64,000 bases of DNA from Candidatus Melainabacteria bacterium 17Bon1m. GTDB taxonomy: Bacteria > Cyanobacteriota > Vampirovibrionia > Obscuribacterales > Obscuribacteraceae. Positions 58,286 through 64,000 of the stretch are shown in pieces (within the stretch, counting starts at the first letter, position 1; the number at the start of each line of letters is the position of its first letter). A program made the position numbers and the translations under genes. A model generated the notes under the pieces. The model was not told the DNA's origin and did not search any database. It saw only the letters and a list, made by a program, of their open reading frames with translations. The DNA lies in NCBI GenBank assembly GCA_032128875.1, contig JAVLKG010000016.1:16329-80328 (forward strand). Reading direction: 5' to 3'.

Positions 58286-58629
58286 AGCTGTTCGTGCGTT
58301 TGTGCGATGCCTGGCTGCGTGTGCGGCGCGAGCATCGCATCAGCAACTTGAATCGCCGCGAAGCCGACTGCACACACACCTAATAAGGTAAAAGCTGCGC
58401 GCTTGATGTTGCCTTTTGAGATAACTGTTCTTACTAAGAAGAAAATTGCGGCGAGCACTGTTGTGTAGACCATCGCCTGCAAGCCCATGACTGGGTTGTT
58501 TGGATTATGACCAACCGACTTTAGTACGTCGTACACGGCACTCGACACACCGCAGAAAATCGCGCAAGCAACCCATATCCGAATCCAATCCGGACTTTCC
58601 TTGGTGGTGGCATTGCGTGTGTGCGTCAT
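58282..58629 (-). CDS. Small three-TM membrane protein
   Basis: Three hydrophobic segments. Confidence 0.6.
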   Translation of the reverse strand: MTHTRNATTKESPDWIRIWVACAIFCGVSSAVYDVLKSVGHNPNNPVMGLQAMVYTTVLAAIFFLVRTVISKGNIKRAAFTLLGVCAVGFAAIQVADAMLAPHTQPGIAQTHEQL

Positions 58630-58757
58630 GTGAAGGTTCTCGCATTATCGATCGGAGTGTCGCATATAAAGGAAAGACTGTAATCAGTAGAAATCCCACG
58701 CAAAGCCAAACAGGTTGAGCGATTTGCGAAAATGTAGTCTGGACAACAATTCAGCTC

Positions 58758-58835
58758 TTGACTTCGTGCTGAGTTGCACTTAATCTGTAGACCGGTTCGC
58801 TTTTAGAGCCGATTTTGACCAAACCTTACTAAATT
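58758..58835 (+). promoter_or_regulatory. Pilin copy 5 promoter + 5'-UTR motif
   Basis: TTGACT-17-TAATCT; CGGTTC-gctttta-GAGCCG; CTTACTAAATT at 58825. Confidence 0.78.
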
Positions 58836-58867
58836 TCAAATCAAGCCTTCGTTGGAGGAGTTTGTAT

Positions 58868-59386
58868 ATGCGTAAAGCCAAAGCATTGGGTCTCGTCGCT
58901 GCTGTAGCCCTCGGCCTCGCCCTCAACGTACCTGCATTTGCACAAGCACAAGGCGATCAATTTCAATCCTCTGGAGATCAAGGTCAGATGGGCGATCAAG
59001 GGCTAGGTGGTAACACCGGTTCTCAAACCCGTCAAGAAATGGACAGCCAAGCACCGACATTGCAAGGTGCCACCAACGGTACAATCGGACCACAAGGCTC
59101 TGATGCTACCTACATTACCGGCGTCAACACTGCAGGTACTGTACGTGTAAACAACTTGGCTAACTTGGAAGCCTTGCTCAACATCATCGCAAACGGTATG
59201 GAAATCCTCGGCATTGCATGGGGCGGACCTACAATGATCATGGGCTTCATGCACATGGCAGCCGGCACACAAGACGCAATGAAGAAAGTACTCTTCGGAG
59301 CCGCTGGTGTGACAGGCGGATTGGCAACACCCGGTTGCATCAACTGGCTCGTTGCTTCCGCAAGAGACGCCAACCTGTTCAGCTAA
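58868..59386 (+). CDS. VirB2/TrbC-like pilin, copy 5
   Basis: Mature protein identical to copy 1, different signal peptide; GGAGGAG before ATG 58868. Confidence 0.7.
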   Translation: MRKAKALGLVAAVALGLALNVPAFAQAQGDQFQSSGDQGQMGDQGLGGNTGSQTRQEMDSQAPTLQGATNGTIGPQGSDATYITGVNTAGTVRVNNLANLEALLNIIANGMEILGIAWGGPTMIMGFMHMAAGTQDAMKKVLFGAAGVTGGLATPGCINWLVASARDANLFS

Positions 59387-59414
59387 CAAAGTTTTCCCCC
59401 GCCAACGCCAGCCA

Positions 59415-59439
59415 GAGACCTCCCGTAAGGGGGGTTTTT
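59415..59439 (+). terminator. Terminator of pilin copy 5
   Basis: GACCTCCC-GTAA-GGGGGGTT-TTT. Confidence 0.7.
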
Positions 59440-59523
59440 GGTATTGTGGGCAAAGTTTGTGAAGCCAGTTGTGCTGCCAATATGCGAAGATGTGTCCATC
59501 GGAATTTGTAGAGGGCGCAAACT

Positions 59524-60234
59524 ATTTCGCTGACAGACGATCAAAGGAAGAAGTACCGCAAGCAGCTCGCGATGCCGGGAATGACCGAGGAGTGCCAGGA
59601 GCGTTTGATGAACGCGCGCATTCTGATTTTGGGCACTACGGAAATTGCTTTTGTTTGTGCGGAACAGTTGATGCGTGTTGGCGCTGGACACTTAGAACTC
59701 GCAGGGGCGAGTGTCTATGATTTGCATTTGTTGGCAGAACGGCTTGAGGCTGCTGGCGCGAAGCACTGCACGCAAGTTGGCGTTGCGGAGCGGACTTTCG
59801 ATGCGCATGATTCGGAAGATTTGATTCGGAGTTTTGATGTTGTTGTCGATGCGATGATCGACTGGCAGCTAAAATTGGTGGCAAGTGACGCATGCATGCG
59901 GTTGGCAAAACCGTTGGTGCATGTAGGTGGCGAAGGTTTTCGGTATCAGTTGTATACGATGCGCCCCGGTAGATCGGCGTGTCTAAGGTGTGTGTTTCCG
60001 AGAATCGGCATCGATGATTTTCCTAAGGCGCAAGATGAGGATGCATCGTTTCCTCCCGTCGCGAGTGTGCTGGGTTCTTTGCAGGCTATTGAGGCTGCGA
60101 AACTAGCTTCACGCTTTGGTGCGAGCCAGGGCAACGAACTATTCAAGTTTGATTTTTTGAGCGGCGAGATGGAGATGATCACAGGACTGGATGCAGTTAG
60201 TGATTGTCCTGATTGCGGTAATAGGCGGAGATAG
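59524..60234 (+). CDS. Degenerate ThiF/MoeB-family protein
   Basis: LTDDQRKKYRKQLAMPGMTEECQERL, FDVVVDAM, ACLRCVFP, LGSLQAIEAAK, CPDC; homology extends upstream of ATG 59572 to ATT 59524. Confidence 0.8.
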   Translation: MSLTDDQRKKYRKQLAMPGMTEECQERLMNARILILGTTEIAFVCAEQLMRVGAGHLELAGASVYDLHLLAERLEAAGAKHCTQVGVAERTFDAHDSEDLIRSFDVVVDAMIDWQLKLVASDACMRLAKPLVHVGGEGFRYQLYTMRPGRSACLRCVFPRIGIDDFPKAQDEDASFPPVASVLGSLQAIEAAKLASRFGASQGNELFKFDFLSGEMEMITGLDAVSDCPDCGNRRR

Positions 60235-60288
60235 ACGACCTATTTTCTGCCGGCGGGATGCCGGCGGGCGCAGTGAAAAAACGGACGA

Positions 60289-60522
60289 CGGGTGGCGTCG
60301 CCCCTACAGAAAGAGGGCGCCTGCAACGCGCCCCCACGCCGAGCTGTGTCGTCCGACCTAAAAGGGGCGCGTGCAACGCGCCCCCACGCCGAGCTGTGTC
60401 GCCCGACCTAAAAGGGGCGCGTGCAACGCGTCCCCACGCAGGGCTGTGTCGGCCGACCTAAAAAGGGCGCGCGCAACGCGACACCACGCTGTTAGGCTGG
60501 GCGATGCTTGGCATCTCGCCTA
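60289..60522. repeat. Tandem 50-bp REP-containing units (3 full + 1 partial), flanked by REPs
   Basis: AAAGGGGCGCGTGCAACGCGCCCCCACGCCGAGCTGTGTCGCCCGACCTA at 60311, 60361, 60411, partial at 60461. Confidence 0.9.
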
Positions 60523-61293
60523 TAGATCGGGGACCAGGTCTGGTTTTTCGTCGTTCAGTATCTCGTTGGCGACTTTGACAGAACACGGGGCGCTGGTAAT
60601 TGCAGTGATTACTTCATTGGCGCGCTTTTCTGTTTTGTTGCGGATGAGAGTTTCCATCAAATTCCATTGCCGCTGGGTTTCTCTCAAAGCAAGCTCCCGC
60701 GCCACTTTGTAATAAGTCGTGCCAGAAATCGTTTTTTTGCCTTCCGGTGAAGTTGGCGTGCTTTTGTCGAATCCCTCGAACTTGAGCAGCGTCCCAATCT
60801 TTGATTCTGTCCGCTGCATATCAGTCCAGTCAGCGAGGTCCATAGAGAACAAGTCATCTTTGAATTGATGCTCGCGAAGTTCAATGTAATTGGAGCGACT
60901 GTAAAAATCTTGCAGTGTATGTAATGCCTGTCCGAAGACGAAGAGCGCTCGGGCTCGAGTCTTTTCATCGGTATCTGCTGTGTGCGCAAAATTGAGCACT
61001 TTCTTCTTTTCTCTATCGGCAACGGCAATGCATTTTGTAATTTCGCCAGTTTTGAAATGGCGTCTCGGGTCGTTGGCTCCCTCTCCACCCGCAGAATCTG
61101 CAGCACTCACGCCTTTCAATATCAATTTCAGGTTGGCATCACAGATGGTGCCTTTGAGCGCTTCCATCGTCAACTGCTCGTGGATGTTGCCGGTTTCGTC
61201 GCTACCGAACGAATATGCGGCGGTCGCACATATTTGAGAAACGCCAGCCAAAACCAGAGAAATGGCGATGTTCTTCCTGAGCGCAAATTTCAT
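60520..61293 (-). CDS. Exported Het-C/zinc phospholipase C-like protein
   Basis: Signal peptide; IHEQLT, RRHF, GQALHTLQDFYSRSNY. Confidence 0.65.
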   Translation of the reverse strand: MKFALRKNIAISLVLAGVSQICATAAYSFGSDETGNIHEQLTMEALKGTICDANLKLILKGVSAADSAGGEGANDPRRHFKTGEITKCIAVADREKKKVLNFAHTADTDEKTRARALFVFGQALHTLQDFYSRSNYIELREHQFKDDLFSMDLADWTDMQRTESKIGTLLKFEGFDKSTPTSPEGKKTISGTTYYKVARELALRETQRQWNLMETLIRNKTEKRANEVITAITSAPCSVKVANEILNDEKPDLVPDL

Positions 61294-61536
61294 GCGTGCG
61301 AGTTTCCTTTTGCGGATACCACTTCAACTATTTTCATCTTATCCAGTTTCACGCAGCGGCGAGTGTCAAGGCTAAAAGACATTGTATCTGTCGTATATGC
61401 TTTTGGCTGCTTGTTGTGGGTCTAGTGGGATTTTTTGCAGGAATTAATGGCGCCATTCAGAGATTTAAAATGCCCTGCGCGATTTTCAGTGCGACAATCG
61501 AGACCTTATATATTGTTTTTGCCGGGGTAATCCTAA

Positions 61537-62430
61537 GTGGTCGACTCGCTTACAAAGATCCATGCGCCAGAAAAACCGCAGGAAAGCACTTGCCTACAGC
61601 TTTGCGATCTGGATTTCATCGCATTCGACGTTGAAACCACCGGTCTCTCCGCAATTGCCTGCAAGCTGGTGGAGCTTTCTGCAGTGCGCTTTCGGCTGTC
61701 TGGCGGCGAGATGGAAATCTTTTCCGAGCTGATTAATCCGGAGTGCGAGATTCCATATGAAGTGACCCGAATTCACGGCATCACTGATGAGATGGTGAAG
61801 GACGCACCGACCAACAAAGAGGTAATCCCGAAGTTTCTCGAGTTTATCGGTACCAAACCTTGCGTGCTGGTTGCACACAATGCACCGTTTGACGTGGGTT
61901 TTCTCAAAGTTGCTGTAGCGCGCCTGGGCATTGACGTGCCTGCGCTTACCGTACTGGACACTCTCAGTCTCTCGCGTGCGCTAGTTGAAGGCGTAGCCGA
62001 CTACAAGCTGAAGACGCTGGCGCAGCACTATGAAATCGTTGATGGCGACTACCACAGAGCTCTCGCCGACAGTCATCACGTTCGCCACATCTTCGGCAAG
62101 ATTTTGGCTGCGAATCCGGACTTCACCACGCTGGACCATCTGCGTGAGCTCAATTGTCTGATTACGCTCAATGAGCAAGAGAGTGCTGTGGAGCCGACCG
62201 GTGAGGTTCTATTCCATGTTAATGTCATCAGAGCTGCAATTGACGGAAAGCAGCAGCTGAAAATGATTTATCTCGGAAATGGCATGCCGCCCCGCTCAGG
62301 TCGTCTAATCACGCCGATTGCGGTGCTTGAAAACCGTGGAAATCATTACCTTACTGCCTTCTGCCATCAGGTAGATGCGGAAAGAACGTTTAGAATAGAC
62401 AGGATTAAGAGCCTTACAGTCTCATCCTGA
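61537..62430 (+). CDS. DnaQ-like DEDDh 3'-5' exonuclease with C-terminal WYL domain
   Basis: FDVETTG, VAHNAPFD, HRALAD; RLITP...YLTAFCH...RTFRIDRI. Confidence 0.9.
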   Translation: MVDSLTKIHAPEKPQESTCLQLCDLDFIAFDVETTGLSAIACKLVELSAVRFRLSGGEMEIFSELINPECEIPYEVTRIHGITDEMVKDAPTNKEVIPKFLEFIGTKPCVLVAHNAPFDVGFLKVAVARLGIDVPALTVLDTLSLSRALVEGVADYKLKTLAQHYEIVDGDYHRALADSHHVRHIFGKILAANPDFTTLDHLRELNCLITLNEQESAVEPTGEVLFHVNVIRAAIDGKQQLKMIYLGNGMPPRSGRLITPIAVLENRGNHYLTAFCHQVDAERTFRIDRIKSLTVSS

Positions 62431-63851
62431 TGCATCTGCAAAAGAATCGAAAGAACACTACTGCTTCTATCTGCTCTCGCAAAGCGATTTCGCTGGCGCT
62501 GACGCTGCCGGTTGTGGCTGCTTTGGTTTGCGCTCAGGCGCCGCAACCGGCTCAGGCTTTTCGTTTTCTCAAATTCGGAGAGTACCTCAACGGCACTCCC
62601 AAAGAGAAGAAGGATGATTCGGACGTATTCGGCGCAGAGCCTGCTGATCCCGAAGACACTGAAGCGCCGGACGATTCAAGGTCTGCGAATTCCAAGTCTG
62701 GTGGAAAGAAAACTCCCGTTAAGGGTGCGACAGGTTCGGGCGAAACAGCCAAGAATGCAGCGGCCAAGCCGGAAGCTCGCAAGGAGGTTGTAGCAAATCC
62801 GCTTGAGGAGGTTCTGAATGACCTCACGCAGGAATCCGGTCAAATCAAGGAAGAAGACACTTCTTTGCCGATCAACAAAGCGCGAAAGGTCGACAAACAT
62901 ATGAGATATGGTGATGCGTTTTTCGCGCGTCGCGATCTCACAAATGCGCTGCTGGAGTACGAAACGGTCATAAAAGCTGATTCGGACAACTACAAAGCGC
63001 ACTTCATGGCGGGCAAAGTGCTCATGGCTATGTCTGATTTTGAGGAGGCTCTCAAGGAGTTTCAGAAAGCTGAAGCCCTCCGACCTAACGCAGGCGACGT
63101 GCATTTCATTAAGGGCGAAACCCTGCGTATGCTTGGGCGCCACGAAGCGGCTTCAATAGAGTACAAGCGAACGCTGAAAGCGAACCCTGGAAACGCTCTT
63201 GCATATGCTTATTTGGGCGAGTGCTATCGAATGAAGCACATGTATCGCTCTGCGATTGACGAGTGTCGGCGCGCCATCGCACTCGATCCGAAGTCGGTGA
63301 TTCCGCATTTGATCATGGCTCAGTGCTACGCCTCTTCCAGGCAGCCGGAGCAATCGCTGGAAGAGTACAAAATTGCGCTCAAGATGAATGACAAAGACCC
63401 GGTCGTCCACGCCCGTTGTGGTTTGGCGCTCGGTAACTTGGGCAAATGGGACCTGGCGGTCAATCAGTTTATCCGCGCAACTGATCTGGACCCGCGCTAT
63501 TCAGAGGGGCACGCTGGGCTCGCCTATGCGCTCGCGCACCTCAAACGCTTGAAAGAAGCACTGGCTGAGGCGCGCATTGCGGTTTCTTTGGCGCCAAACG
63601 ACCCAGACACCCATTCAAACCTGGCTTGGGTTTACGCCAAGAAAGGCGATTACCTCTCGGCTGCTGTTGAGTACAGGCTGGCGCTGAAAATAGACCCCAA
63701 GAATGCCGAGAGGCATAAAGCACTTGGCATGGCGCTCAAGGACGCTGGTGATGTAGACGGCGCAATTGCAGAACTGCTGACGGTTACGCAGACCTCGAAG
63801 GACTTCGAGGCGGAGCTGGCTTTACAGTCCTTGATGCAAGGCCGGCGGTAA
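62430..63851 (+). CDS. Exported TPR protein
   Basis: Signal peptide and about nine canonical TPRs. Confidence 0.9.
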   Translation: MHLQKNRKNTTASICSRKAISLALTLPVVAALVCAQAPQPAQAFRFLKFGEYLNGTPKEKKDDSDVFGAEPADPEDTEAPDDSRSANSKSGGKKTPVKGATGSGETAKNAAAKPEARKEVVANPLEEVLNDLTQESGQIKEEDTSLPINKARKVDKHMRYGDAFFARRDLTNALLEYETVIKADSDNYKAHFMAGKVLMAMSDFEEALKEFQKAEALRPNAGDVHFIKGETLRMLGRHEAASIEYKRTLKANPGNALAYAYLGECYRMKHMYRSAIDECRRAIALDPKSVIPHLIMAQCYASSRQPEQSLEEYKIALKMNDKDPVVHARCGLALGNLGKWDLAVNQFIRATDLDPRYSEGHAGLAYALAHLKRLKEALAEARIAVSLAPNDPDTHSNLAWVYAKKGDYLSAAVEYRLALKIDPKNAERHKALGMALKDAGDVDGAIAELLTVTQTSKDFEAELALQSLMQGRR

Positions 63852-64000
63852 GTTTCGCACAGATGATGCACCGTGCCTAACTTTTGTAGATTTCCTGTCG
63901 GACGTCAATTAGCCCGCAGCCTAGCAACGGCTACGGCTCCGCTGCGGCAGCAGACAGCAGAGCTGTCAGCCGCCGCAGCGGCTGAGGATAGACGCGAAAT

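Noticed and set aside
47677-59374. Diversity-generating retroelement template/variable repeats
   Set aside because: No reverse transcriptase; differences between copies are mostly synonymous and not adenine-specific.
47602-59386. Type IV/Flp pilins or silent pilS-type cassettes
   Set aside because: No G|FxxxE class III signal; every copy has a start codon, RBS and terminator.
47602-60234. Five paralogs as RiPP precursors or ubiquitin-like substrates of the ThiF protein
   Set aside because: They have Sec signals and TM helices, the conserved part is C-terminal, they end in LFS rather than GG or N, and the ThiF lacks ATP motifs.
60311-60490. 50-bp periodic repeats as a CRISPR array
   Set aside because: The inter-palindrome segments are near-identical, the palindrome is the dispersed REP, and no cas genes are present.

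Overview
64 kb of bacterial chromosome (~50% GC by eye). Cyanobacteria-like housekeeping genes (GuaB3, LarE/LarB, LeuS, TyrS, HtrA, AnmK, CCA-less tRNAs), no photosynthesis genes in the window and many TPR and effector-like orphans suggest a non-photosynthetic cyanobacterial relative (Melainabacteria/Obscuribacterales-like). This assignment is an inference. Left end (1-9.5 kb): a two-component system beside a cluster of signal-peptide-less effector-like genes (LysM, HEXXH peptidase, EF-hand-like, Ntox44-like toxin). Middle: tRNA-Ile(GAT), tRNA-Ala(CGC), an amidinotransferase with three tandem membrane paralogs, tyrS/leuS, capD-like/larE/larB, a dual kinase with a vWA partner, lipid enzymes, an HTH + nucleotidyltransferase TA-like pair, and many GTAG/GTGG-type REP palindromes. 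The best candidate for a new system is at 47.5-59.4 kb: five co-oriented paralogous VirB2/TrbC-like pilin genes. They have near-invariant C-terminal cores and variable N-termini. Each has a conserved 5'-UTR element (hairpin + TTACTAA) and its own terminator, and four of the five have a sigma70-like promoter. The genes are interleaved with accessory cargo, bounded by a 426-bp identical repeat, and flanked by a FliB/YkgJ-like Cys-cluster protein and a degenerate ThiF-like protein. No secretion ATPase or channel gene lies in the window. All family assignments come from motif recognition by eye, not from database searches.
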